This document shows positions 44,716 through 54,212 of a DNA stretch of 64,000 bases, in pieces (position 1 is the stretch's first letter; each line of letters starts with the position of its first letter). Below the pieces are notes generated by a model. That model searched no databases. It saw only the letters and a program-made list of their open reading frames with translations, and was not told where the DNA came from. Origin of the DNA: a virus; IMG/VR virus record IMGVR_UViG_3300032308_001684, positions 31,849-95,848 of that record; one strand, written 5' to 3'. The position numbers and the translations under genes were made by a program.

Positions 44716-45618
44716 TTATCCTTGTTGATTGTTCCATTGGTCAAACTCTACGTCTTGGAATCCCCAGTTGAGATCTTCATCGGCTAGTTGAGCTGTTGCC
44801 AACACAGCCGCAGGATCCCACGCTCCAGGTAGCATATTCCTGTCGTGATCTTGATGTAATGTAAAGCAAGGAAATTTGAATATGCCTTGCTTTACTCCTC
44901 GGCTGATGAATCGCAACATAGACACACTGTCATGATGACCTGCACATGCCAGACCTTGATAGAATCCACCCACTGATTCTGCAGTGGCCTTGGATATCAG
45001 CATGAAATCGCCAGCACCGTTGGTGTGTATGGTTTTTTCATTGTATGACGATACAGGTATCTGATCCGTGGGCATTTTGATATCTGCTGTAATACTCTGC
45101 TGACCTTGCATTCCATGCAATTGGAAGATACGCTGGAAAGCGTATCTGATGTAGTCACTTGGTTGTACAGATTCAATTCCATCTCCGTCAAAATCATATC
45201 TGTCACAACGATATACTATGCCATCTGTGAGATTCTGTTGTGCCAGGTAATCTACCAGCTCATGAGAAAACAAGATGTCTGGATTGGATATCAACACAAA
45301 CTGTCCCTTAGCTCTACGTAATCCAACATTTTTGGCTGGAAATTCTGCCAAAGGCCTACGTGTACCAGTGCGTAGATGATATTCATTGGGCACTGTGATT
45401 ATCCTTATAGGGAGGTCAGTGCATGAAGGAATGATCGTGCTCAATGGTTCTTGATCTGTGGGTGGATTCCACTCCACAATGACTAACTCAAACAATCCGG
45501 GATATTTTTGTTGACATTGGTCCAGCCCTTGCACAAACATGTCAAGACGCCGTCGCATGTTCTCACCGTAGTTGTCATTGCGTGTGGTAACCACTACGGA
45601 GATATAAGGATCGGTCAA
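44716..45618 (-). CDS. GT2-like glycosyltransferase
   Basis: SVVVTTRND, KNVGLRRAKG, NPD, GDF. Confidence 0.7.
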   Translation of the reverse strand: MTDPYISVVVTTRNDNYGENMRRRLDMFVQGLDQCQQKYPGLFELVIVEWNPPTDQEPLSTIIPSCTDLPIRIITVPNEYHLRTGTRRPLAEFPAKNVGLRRAKGQFVLISNPDILFSHELVDYLAQQNLTDGIVYRCDRYDFDGDGIESVQPSDYIRYAFQRIFQLHGMQGQQSITADIKMPTDQIPVSSYNEKTIHTNGAGDFMLISKATAESVGGFYQGLACAGHHDSVSMLRFISRGVKQGIFKFPCFTLHQDHDRNMLPGAWDPAAVLATAQLADEDLNWGFQDVEFDQWNNQQG

Positions 45619-46403
45619 AGTTTCTTTGCCTTTACTAACAGATGCCAGCCAAGATATTCTTTTACTGCCTGGCGCACTTCGTCGGGCATGGCTTCAAACC
45701 AAGGTTCAAGTTCATAGTTCCCAGACTTGTAGGCAGGCACATTGTACATGAAACAATGATCTTGACGCAGTCTCTCTATGTGAAACTGTCCTTCCAGCAT
45801 GCGATGGATGTCTTCTCTCGAATAAGCCTGTGCATAAGGACAACCGCTCTGTGCTTCAAACTGATCTAGGCCTTTTTGTATCATGGCATACTTCCAGGAA
45901 TTTTTGGCATAGACCATGAAACGAAACTCACCGCCAGGTTTTAAAATTTCATGTACATTGTTGATAATAGTGTCAATGGCCGGGAAGTGATGGATAACTC
46001 CATAACTGTACACAAGATCAAATTTTCCCAGTGCCGACAATGCAGTGGTATCGCTGGCATCAATGTTATGGAACTCTCCTTCAAGTTCCAAAACTTTAAA
46101 TCGTTGTCGAGCAATCTCCACACTTTGATCGCTGTAGTCTACACCCACATATTCGGCTCCACGCTTGGCAAACTCTTCAGCATCACTGCCAATGCCTGAC
46201 CCAATCTCTAACACACGTTTTCCGGCCCAGAGATGAAACCCAGCAAATTCTCTAATGTGTGGCTCCACACGATATCTACGTTCCGACACTTCCTGATAGA
46301 ACTCAGGGGTGCCTAGTTCGCTACGACCGTGTAAGATATTGCATGGTTGACGATTCCAGTAGGACTTGATTTTATCCAACAGGTGTTGATCTGCATTATG
46401 CAT
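45615..46403 (-). CDS. class I SAM-dependent methyltransferase
   Basis: VLEIGSGIG, FDLVYSYGVIHH, LKPGG. Confidence 0.88.
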   Translation of the reverse strand: MHNADQHLLDKIKSYWNRQPCNILHGRSELGTPEFYQEVSERRYRVEPHIREFAGFHLWAGKRVLEIGSGIGSDAEEFAKRGAEYVGVDYSDQSVEIARQRFKVLELEGEFHNIDASDTTALSALGKFDLVYSYGVIHHFPAIDTIINNVHEILKPGGEFRFMVYAKNSWKYAMIQKGLDQFEAQSGCPYAQAYSREDIHRMLEGQFHIERLRQDHCFMYNVPAYKSGNYELEPWFEAMPDEVRQAVKEYLGWHLLVKAKKL

Positions 46404-47253
46404 GTACGCTCACCTGATTATTTGGATCTTGTTCCTTGCCAATCATGTATTCCCAAGGGTCTTGCTTGCCCAGCATCACTTGTTCATACCAGTCATTGGG
46501 CTGACCAATGCGTTGTAGATACCAGGCAATCTTGTTGGCATCGTTCATTCGTTTGTTACGGAAAGTTACGTGATTGAAATCACGAGGATCATCGGGGCGG
46601 CCTTCCAGCATGGGACGATTCTTAAATGTGGCATCCTGGTTATTGCCAGTGATGTCAAATCTGTCGTGTAGAACCTCAACATCGATGTTTTGCATGATAC
46701 CCACAATGTAGGATATCTGACTGATGGTGGCATCTGTGAGTTGATGATTGCTGAGATGACCCAGTAGGTAATACCAGTCTCTTGGCACTATAGGAAATAT
46801 GGCATAAGGATGTTGATTATGTGTGGGCATGCGGAGACACAAGAATTTTCCATTGTGTTCGGTAATGCGTTGATCCCAATCTTTGGTCTGCATCACAGCG
46901 TCATCGTTCCAAAACATCAACCATTCACCGTTGGCTAATCCGGCCAGAGCATTTAGATACTCGTGCAGTCGAAGATACCCCAGCGGTGTAAATTCAATCA
47001 CAGTGGCGTCTACACCTCTGTCTTCTAACTCAGGAAACACATATTGCTGGCACCATTCAAGAGATTGTTTGTCATCATTGTCAAAGGCCAACATGATTTC
47101 TATCTCAGAAGGGTCATGAGCTAGATCCAGCAAACTTAACAAACTTCGTTTCAGCATGTCCGTTCTACCACGTGTGGGCAGTAGTACTGATATCTGATGA
47201 CTAGGCTTTTGCGCCCAAATTTTGCTTATGCCTACTGCTGTTTTTGTGCTCAT
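46396..47253 (-). CDS. GT2 glycosyltransferase
   Basis: ISVLLPTRGR, FWNDD. Confidence 0.75.
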   Translation of the reverse strand: MSTKTAVGISKIWAQKPSHQISVLLPTRGRTDMLKRSLLSLLDLAHDPSEIEIMLAFDNDDKQSLEWCQQYVFPELEDRGVDATVIEFTPLGYLRLHEYLNALAGLANGEWLMFWNDDAVMQTKDWDQRITEHNGKFLCLRMPTHNQHPYAIFPIVPRDWYYLLGHLSNHQLTDATISQISYIVGIMQNIDVEVLHDRFDITGNNQDATFKNRPMLEGRPDDPRDFNHVTFRNKRMNDANKIAWYLQRIGQPNDWYEQVMLGKQDPWEYMIGKEQDPNNQVSVHA

Positions 47254-47254
47254 A

Positions 47255-47794
47255 TTATCCTTCATATACTGCCGAATTGCCAGCATGTTCAAACACTTCC
47301 GCACTGCGTAAACGTACACCCTGGCCCACAGGATATCGACATTTGAATTCTTGTAAAGTGTCTCCGTTCTCTGCTACCAGGAACCAAGAATTACCTGCTT
47401 GAAATGCCTTGAGAATATTTTCCATGGTTGTGTAAGCAAGTTCAGCAAACTTTTCGCAACCCACACCCTCGACAATTCTGAGGTCACACACTCCGCCTTG
47501 ATCTTGTAATCCAAACATGGCCATGGTCTCAAACAATTTCAAATGTGGATCATCCTTGGCCACAACCAGGGTGTGATCAAACACATATTCGCTCCATTCT
47601 TTAAATGCTTTGAGTCCACCAAAGTCCATGACCCAGTTACGGTCGTCCAAGGTTTCACTTTCAAATACAAGTTTGATACCAATTGAATATCCATGTAATA
47701 GACTGCAATGACTGTGCGTACTACGCCACTGTCTAAAACAGCATGATAAGCCGCGGTCAGTGCCGTATGTTTTTGTTGAAAGATATTTTGCCAT
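47255..47794 (-). CDS. queD: 6-carboxy-5,6,7,8-tetrahydropterin synthase
   Basis: HCSLLHGY, WVMDFGGLK, FDH, GCE, EH. Confidence 0.85.
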   Translation of the reverse strand: MAKYLSTKTYGTDRGLSCCFRQWRSTHSHCSLLHGYSIGIKLVFESETLDDRNWVMDFGGLKAFKEWSEYVFDHTLVVAKDDPHLKLFETMAMFGLQDQGGVCDLRIVEGVGCEKFAELAYTTMENILKAFQAGNSWFLVAENGDTLQEFKCRYPVGQGVRLRSAEVFEHAGNSAVYEG

Positions 47795-47874
47795 TTGTTT
47801 CTCCTATGTTAGATTATAGCATAGGCTTGCAGAATTTGTAAAGCGGGATGAATGCCGGAAAGGCCGCTGTGAAT

Positions 47875-48294
47875 CTATTTACCAGGGTTATAATCTGGCT
47901 TTTTATAGTTGGCTTGGCCAGGGATAACGCCACGCACACCGCCCACCGGATCTTCAACATCACCATGCCGTCTTGGAATCATGTGTACATGAGGATACAG
48001 CACTGTTTGCCCGGCAGCCGTACCGCAGTTCATTCCAATGTTGTAAGCATCAGCATCGCCCTTGAGTACTACCCATTCGCCATAGCGTTGGGCGGCCCGA
48101 AAACAATCTATAATGTTATCGGGTGTATTGACTTTGGGCACGAACAACAAATGCCCCTGGCTCACTGGATAACGGTCTCGAAAGATCCAGAATTTCTTGT
48201 CTTCGAAATACGCATCATCCCAGGGAGCAATACCTTGCTCCTGTGCTTGTTTGAGAGTGGCTGTCATATTAGTTAAAACTCCATAATAGTTCAT
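47875..48294 (-). CDS. HIT family hydrolase
   Basis: YPVSQGH, AAGQTV.YPHVHMIPR. Confidence 0.9.
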   Translation of the reverse strand: MNYYGVLTNMTATLKQAQEQGIAPWDDAYFEDKKFWIFRDRYPVSQGHLLFVPKVNTPDNIIDCFRAAQRYGEWVVLKGDADAYNIGMNCGTAAGQTVLYPHVHMIPRRHGDVEDPVGGVRGVIPGQANYKKPDYNPGK

Positions 48295-50644
48295 TCATAA
48301 TGCGGTATTGCCCTATGGTACTCACAGCCGCATTAAATCTAAATTGGGTACCTTTGTTAATCTGTTTGTTATAAACTCCTCGCATGTAATATGTAGGAGT
48401 TTTTAGAATATCAAGATTCTGTTTAGTATAAACTAATTGCCCTGAGCTGTCAAATGAACTGGGCACATTGGCCTCGACTTGACCACTGAGTACACGGGGC
48501 GCCTGCCCGAGATAGATACCCATATCGTTTTTCTTATCGCCCCAACGATATCCTGCTTCGGCCCAAGTGCCCAGGGTAGGACTCACACGAGTAATCAGTC
48601 CTGGGTTGATATCTGTGGTTACATACATCAAACTGGCCTTGGCAACAAAGCCGCCTTGGCGGTATGATACAACGTTGTCAAACACTGAGGATGATCGTAC
48701 CGTGCCCCAGACTCCACTGAAACTAACCCAAGGGTTGAAATTGAGCCGCGTGTATTGTGACCCAAACGCCCAAGCATCTTTTTTCCATACCGCAGGAATG
48801 CCTATACTGTACTGTCCTCCTCCAGGATCGTTGGGAGATTGATCCCCAGCAATACGCAACCCATTTACAACATTGGCCCTGACACCAGTTAAAAATTCAG
48901 CAGGGCTGGCAAGATCGTGATCGGCGCCCATGAAGTTGTTTCTTTGGAAAGCATCAAGTCCTGTGACATTCATTGGTCTAGCGTTGATCATGAACGGTCT
49001 TTGTAAAGCGTCCATGGCTATCATCTGTCCTGATCCTATGTCTACACCACTCACATGCCCTGACAGCATCTTTGCACCTATTGAAAGAGCACCTATGGGT
49101 CTCAATGCGGCTTCTAGATCTATCACACTGCCGTTCCAATAAGTGGCCGCTGTTTGTGCCAGCACAGCATTGGCCGCGGCTGTGCTCATGTACGGCCACT
49201 TCTGTTTGATTAGATCCACAGCGGCCTGTGCTGTTAATGTGGTTTGTGTACCCATTTGACTCATGTACACAGCCATCTTCTTGTCATTGTTGGCCTCATA
49301 CACAATCATGGTCACTAGATACATCTTGCCATCTGGAGCTTGAAAAATGTTTACTGTGCTGTTGGCTTCATTGGCACCCGTGCCCAGGCTGGTAGTCATT
49401 GCGGCAGCCTGTTTCAAAAAGTCCGTGAATATTTTTTGATGTGCGGCTACATATTTGCCATCACTGCTCTTTAACAGTACCTGTGTGCTATTATGATTGC
49501 CTGAAAAGTCTGTGGCACTGACCATGATATCGGTGCGGCCGTCACCATTGACATCCAAGAATCTAGGGTTATAGGTAGAATAGGTATTGGTATCATACCC
49601 AACCAATGTGTCTGCAGTCACATCTTGGAACACAGCCGACCCATTGTTTTTTAGGAACTGGATGGCACTTTGTTTAGCGTGAAAACCAAGACGGCTAAAA
49701 ACAATGGCATCTGGTCGTCCATCTTCGTTGAAATCGTGCGACACTACTCTCACATTGTGATCCAACAATGGTGCAGGAAGATCTGCTATGTATTGATAAT
49801 TCAGTTGCCCTCCGACAATGGTGTAACTGTACATCTTGGTGGTGCGGGCGTCACTGCATGCGGCGTTAGTTGTGTTACAAGCATTGTCTGTGACAATGAT
49901 TTGTTTTTGACCGTTGCCTAAAAAATTATCTGCAACAATACTTGAACCGCCCCATCGCAAATCGCCAGCATGGCCTCTACTGTCTATGTAAGGAGTAAAA
50001 TTGTTTACACGGTTGTTGATGGCCAGTGTGGTGTTGGGTCCATAGTCCACAAACAATAAATCTTTAAAACCGTCGCCATCCATGTCGGCAATGGCGCTGT
50101 CATGCGCCCAGACATTGGTCAATGGAATAGAGATACGATTAAAGTGAGTGCCCTGGTTGGAAAAAACATATCCAGGGCCATAGTGTTGCATGTCCGTGCT
50201 GGGTGCTACCAGCATGTCTTTTCGTCCTGTGTTGAACAAATCCGCAAACTTCACACTGGGTTCTGTGCCCAGGATTTCGTTGATACCGCCTGGAAACCAC
50301 TGTGCGGTACGGTCAATCAAGGTACCGTTTTCCCAGGCCAGCAAAGTAAGTCGACTATTGCTCCAGGTTTCGGGGGTGGCATACTGTGTTTGTCGTCCGG
50401 CCAGTATGATATCGTTGCCACTGCCAGTGATATTGGCATCAAAGATATCAAACACTGGAGCCGCACCATCTACTTTGGTCAGAGGATCAATAGTGGCAAC
50501 TCTCACAGGAGTGTGATATGGAACCTCGGCTCTTAAATATCCACCACCACCTGGGCCTCCTCCACCACCACCACCACCGCACCCAGCAAGGCCAGCGGCA
50601 AATGCTGATATTGAAACAAATAGTATCGTTCTTTTAAACGTCAT
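48269..50644 (-). CDS. lipoprotein with FG-GAP/VCBS repeats and probable C-terminal beta-barrel
   Basis: LAGC lipobox, Gly linker, four D-x-[ND]-x-[DT]-G-x-x-D repeats, aromatic C-terminus. Confidence 0.7.
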   Translation of the reverse strand: MTFKRTILFVSISAFAAGLAGCGGGGGGGGPGGGGYLRAEVPYHTPVRVATIDPLTKVDGAAPVFDIFDANITGSGNDIILAGRQTQYATPETWSNSRLTLLAWENGTLIDRTAQWFPGGINEILGTEPSVKFADLFNTGRKDMLVAPSTDMQHYGPGYVFSNQGTHFNRISIPLTNVWAHDSAIADMDGDGFKDLLFVDYGPNTTLAINNRVNNFTPYIDSRGHAGDLRWGGSSIVADNFLGNGQKQIIVTDNACNTTNAACSDARTTKMYSYTIVGGQLNYQYIADLPAPLLDHNVRVVSHDFNEDGRPDAIVFSRLGFHAKQSAIQFLKNNGSAVFQDVTADTLVGYDTNTYSTYNPRFLDVNGDGRTDIMVSATDFSGNHNSTQVLLKSSDGKYVAAHQKIFTDFLKQAAAMTTSLGTGANEANSTVNIFQAPDGKMYLVTMIVYEANNDKKMAVYMSQMGTQTTLTAQAAVDLIKQKWPYMSTAAANAVLAQTAATYWNGSVIDLEAALRPIGALSIGAKMLSGHVSGVDIGSGQMIAMDALQRPFMINARPMNVTGLDAFQRNNFMGADHDLASPAEFLTGVRANVVNGLRIAGDQSPNDPGGGQYSIGIPAVWKKDAWAFGSQYTRLNFNPWVSFSGVWGTVRSSSVFDNVVSYRQGGFVAKASLMYVTTDINPGLITRVSPTLGTWAEAGYRWGDKKNDMGIYLGQAPRVLSGQVEANVPSSFDSSGQLVYTKQNLDILKTPTYYMRGVYNKQINKGTQFRFNAAVSTIGQYRIMNELLWSFN

Positions 50645-50721
50645 AAAAATTCCAGACTAGTTATACTAAGAACAGTATAACAAAATCTGGAATTTCTGGT
50701 CAACTCGTAGACTTACCTAAC

Positions 50722-51396
50722 TCAAAACTTGTAAATTGGCAAGTAATAGTTTGAATCGGTCCAGCATTTGCGTTTGAATTTAATTTCAATTCTGCTTTTA
50801 CTGTTGTAATAATGCAAATCGGCAAAATCCGAGTCCACTAAATTGTGAAACTTGATTGTTGTGCCAGTAAATCTGTGCCCATTCTCTTGCAAAGTAGTGG
50901 TGGTATCGATTACTTTGAACCCACACAGGCAACAATCAAGAGTGGCTTTGTCTCGGATAATTCCCAACATATAGTATTCTTTGATTGTGGCAATTTTGCT
51001 CAACCATCCCTGCACATGAATGTTCCAGACTCCTTGAACATTCTGTTGGGAAAAGTGTGTTTTAGCATCCTGATCAAAATTTTGAAACACACTGGCTTCT
51101 GTAGTCAGTTTGGATTTTTCTTGTTTGCTTACACTCTTGACATCAATGCCAATGTCTGTGCCAATTTTTACATCAATCAAACTATGACCAGCACCATTCC
51201 ATACAGCACCAGGTATGCTGTCACTCACAGCATATTCCCATAACTCTTTTCCAAGACTCAGTGGACGACCCAGAGCAATGTGTCTACGCAATGGTGCAAG
51301 TATACTGTCCATCTCTGTTTGAAATGCAGTAGAAAAATTAGCACCAACCAGGGTGCTAATTTCTGTTGTTGTCATTGGTTCAAGACAATATGTCAT
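50722..51396 (-). CDS. restriction endonuclease-like PD-(D/E)xK protein
   Basis: WE...IDVKIG..IDVKS spacing. Confidence 0.5.
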   Translation of the reverse strand: MTYCLEPMTTTEISTLVGANFSTAFQTEMDSILAPLRRHIALGRPLSLGKELWEYAVSDSIPGAVWNGAGHSLIDVKIGTDIGIDVKSVSKQEKSKLTTEASVFQNFDQDAKTHFSQQNVQGVWNIHVQGWLSKIATIKEYYMLGIIRDKATLDCCLCGFKVIDTTTTLQENGHRFTGTTIKFHNLVDSDFADLHYYNSKSRIEIKFKRKCWTDSNYYLPIYKF

Positions 51397-52163
51397 CTAG
51401 GAGCAAATTCCTGCTGTAGCTTGATATTGTCCATGAACTCTTTTTTTACCCCTGGGTCTGTTTTAAACACCCCAGTTAATACTGTGGTTTGTGTCAGTGA
51501 GCTATGTGCCATGATACCACGATTCTCGCAACATCCGTGTGTGGCTTGAATATAAACTCCTACGTTTTCACTGTCTGTGGCTCGCATGATTTCACGTGCT
51601 ATGTCGTTGCACAGTTCTTCTTGTAACGTGCCGCGCCGAGCACACCATTGGGCAATGCGTGTGTACTTCGACAATCCGATAAGCTTCTGCGCGGCAATGA
51701 TTCCAATATAGGCGACTCCTGAAACTGGTTGATGATGATGACTGCACATACTACGCAACTCACTGCGAACAACAAGCATACCGCTATAACGATCATTGCC
51801 ATCATTTGGAAAAGCGGTTGCATCAGGTGCTGGATCATATCTTCCTGCCATAATTTCGTTAAAGTACATTTTGGCCAAGCGACGTGCTGTGCCTTGTGAG
51901 TTAGGATCGTTTTCACGATCAATTAGTAATCGATCAAGCACAGTTTCAAATGCTGGTGTGGCTTCGTTGATTAGTTTTTCTATATCGCCATCATGTAGAT
52001 AATCACTGATATTGTCGCCTGCCCAAAAGCGTTTGCCGTCACGTTTCATTTTAAAACGGATATGGTCGCCTAAGTATGCTTCTTTATAGTTTTTGTCGTC
52101 ATCGCCTTGCTGTTCTGCGCCAGCAAGTGCGTTTTTTAAATCATCTGATGTAAATGTTGTCAA
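51393..52163 (-). CDS. folE: GTP cyclohydrolase I
   Basis: SMCSHHH, IGLSK, RRGTLQEE, HGCCENRG. Confidence 0.92.
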   Translation of the reverse strand: MTTFTSDDLKNALAGAEQQGDDDKNYKEAYLGDHIRFKMKRDGKRFWAGDNISDYLHDGDIEKLINEATPAFETVLDRLLIDRENDPNSQGTARRLAKMYFNEIMAGRYDPAPDATAFPNDGNDRYSGMLVVRSELRSMCSHHHQPVSGVAYIGIIAAQKLIGLSKYTRIAQWCARRGTLQEELCNDIAREIMRATDSENVGVYIQATHGCCENRGIMAHSSLTQTTVLTGVFKTDPGVKKEFMDNIKLQQEFAPR

Positions 52164-52209
52164 TTTTTTCTCCGAGTTATTAAGGTCGTGGATGACCAGT
52201 CTTGCTATC

Positions 52210-52238
52210 AGTATAACAACTATTTAGACTGCTGTCAA
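52210..52238 (-). promoter_or_regulatory. folE promoter
   Basis: TTGACA-N17-TATACT. Confidence 0.75.
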
Positions 52239-52828
52239 GTGATTATATGAATTTTACGGCAATCAGGATACACTACTTTTTGATTTTGAGGAACAATGTT
52301 GAGCAACATCTCAAGACCTTTGACTGCATCTTCTATGGCAGGACGGTAATGATACCCAACCATGAACTCTTGTTGTTCTTGCCAAGGGCTAATTGACAAA
52401 TCTCTGCCATCATAGCGTTGGCGTAAAATAGTTTGGTATGCTGTTGCATCGTCAAGTAGTATAGCGCCGCCGTGCCCAATTTCCAAAGGTTTAGAATATC
52501 CAAAACTTAAACACATCATTGATCCTACTCGATACATATCTGGCTCAAGTCGTCTGGCACTGTCCCATATACGGGTGTTAATAAATTGATATTCGCCTAC
52601 CCACTGCTGAGTGTCTTGATCAAGATAGGTAAACTCAATACCTAGTTTGTGCATGGTCATGGGAATACTAAGATACGTATATGGCGTAAATGAACAATTA
52701 GTGATGTTATCATACCGTAAACATAATTCAATAGCGTGTGTGCAACAATCAGTCATGATTGCGTAAGTGGCGCCAGTGTACTCTGCCAGCAGTTTTTCAA
52801 ATTCTAAGATAGTATCAAACAATTTCAT
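52235..52828 (-). CDS. short DegT/DnrJ/EryC1-like PLP enzyme
   Basis: FE..LAEYTGA.YA, DSA, SFGYSKPL..G.GGAI. Confidence 0.7.
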   Translation of the reverse strand: MKLFDTILEFEKLLAEYTGATYAIMTDCCTHAIELCLRYDNITNCSFTPYTYLSIPMTMHKLGIEFTYLDQDTQQWVGEYQFINTRIWDSARRLEPDMYRVGSMMCLSFGYSKPLEIGHGGAILLDDATAYQTILRQRYDGRDLSISPWQEQQEFMVGYHYRPAIEDAVKGLEMLLNIVPQNQKVVYPDCRKIHIIT

Positions 52829-53184
52829 TCTGACAGATGATCCTTTTTGATTTCTCTTACAGGGCAAGATAGTTTTTCTGCCATGGTGTTTTTAATACCA
52901 ACCCGCTTGTTATTCCAGTCTCTTATTTTTATAGCACGACGTCCAATCTCTTCCAGCGGAAGTTCCATTTCTCGTCCACTTTTGAGTTCTTTTTCCAACT
53001 CCCAAATTTCATTGTGTATCTGTTGCAATTTGTTCAGATCGTCCTCAACCAACGACAACTCTAAATGTGTAGCTTGAGAGTTATAAAAATCAAGCTCGAC
53101 TTGATTGTTACCGATACGTTGGTGCTTGACTCTGGCAATGGCCAGACGATCCAGTAGTTCAACAACAGGAAATTGTGGCATCAT
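52825..53184 (-). CDS. hypothetical protein
   Basis: ELLDRLAI..K...IWELE...N.KR..IKN. Confidence 0.65.
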   Translation of the reverse strand: MMPQFPVVELLDRLAIARVKHQRIGNNQVELDFYNSQATHLELSLVEDDLNKLQQIHNEIWELEKELKSGREMELPLEEIGRRAIKIRDWNNKRVGIKNTMAEKLSCPVREIKKDHLSE

Positions 53185-54209
53185 AGATATAGTTGCTCAA
53201 TAGTTTTTGGATTGTCTAAAATAGACTGTATGTCATTGTTGGTAGAGTTGGGCCTGCAAGGTTTACACAATGTCACATTGGTTTTATCGTAGATGTCGTG
53301 GTGTCGTTGACTCAACCATAAATCTCGAAAATCTCCTTGATCCCAACGACCAATGCTAAACTGCGGGTTGCCTTTGTTATCGCAACATACATAGATATAC
53401 CCCTCGGCACAAAATACAGGAAAATGATACATCTGGTGACAACGTTTGTATTGTCGAGGTTGAGTTTTGTTTTCATTGATCCAGTAAGGAATACTGGTCC
53501 GATCACTGGCTTGTTTAATAAAAGATTTAAGCTCTTCAGTTATTACATGAGCTTGATTGTTATAAATCACCGGACGAAAGTACAGCATACGCCCACGGAC
53601 TTCTTTAACGTAATCAAAAAGATCGTTTATGGCCTGTTGATTATCGTTGTAAGGATTGATCAAACATTTAAAATCTACATTTATGCCGGCAGCAATAAAC
53701 TCTTTAGCATTTTCTTTTACACGGCTAAACAAACTTTTTGATGTAAGACTTCTGCGTATTTTTTCATATAGATCTTCTGTGCCAGCATCAATATCAATAC
53801 CAATCCAGGCTAGTTTTTTTAGTTTACTTACTGACACACCATCCAATAGCCGATCAAGTTTAGAACCGTTGGTAGTGATACTGGTAAGAAATCCTAGATC
53901 AATGGTATGTTCAATTACGTGTTCGTATCCTGACAGCACAGTGGGTTCGCCACCACCAGGATAAGTGATGGTATGAGTTGTTCCGTAGCTGTCAGGGGTA
54001 TGAGATCGCCAGGTAGACAGTTTGTCTAGTAGTTTAATATATTCTGTGTATTTTTTCTGTACTGGAGCCGCAGATCTATGATCTGCACTGTTGCAGTAGT
54101 AACAATCTTGATTACAGATATTAGTAAGATCAATGTCTACCTGGGCCGGAAGTATGGCTTTGGTGTCACAATTTTGCATCCAATGGACAAGTTCGGCGGT
54201 GTGATACAT
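53181..54209 (-). CDS. radical SAM / SPASM (Twitch) domain protein
   Basis: CNQDCYYC, GGGEP, C-terminal C...CC...CKPC. Confidence 0.88.
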   Translation of the reverse strand: MYHTAELVHWMQNCDTKAILPAQVDIDLTNICNQDCYYCNSADHRSAAPVQKKYTEYIKLLDKLSTWRSHTPDSYGTTHTITYPGGGEPTVLSGYEHVIEHTIDLGFLTSITTNGSKLDRLLDGVSVSKLKKLAWIGIDIDAGTEDLYEKIRRSLTSKSLFSRVKENAKEFIAAGINVDFKCLINPYNDNQQAINDLFDYVKEVRGRMLYFRPVIYNNQAHVITEELKSFIKQASDRTSIPYWINENKTQPRQYKRCHQMYHFPVFCAEGYIYVCCDNKGNPQFSIGRWDQGDFRDLWLSQRHHDIYDKTNVTLCKPCRPNSTNNDIQSILDNPKTIEQLYL

Positions 54210-54212
54210 GGA

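Noticed and set aside
50541-50582. CCA/GGT short tandem repeat
   Set aside because: It simply encodes the poly-Gly linker after the lipobox.
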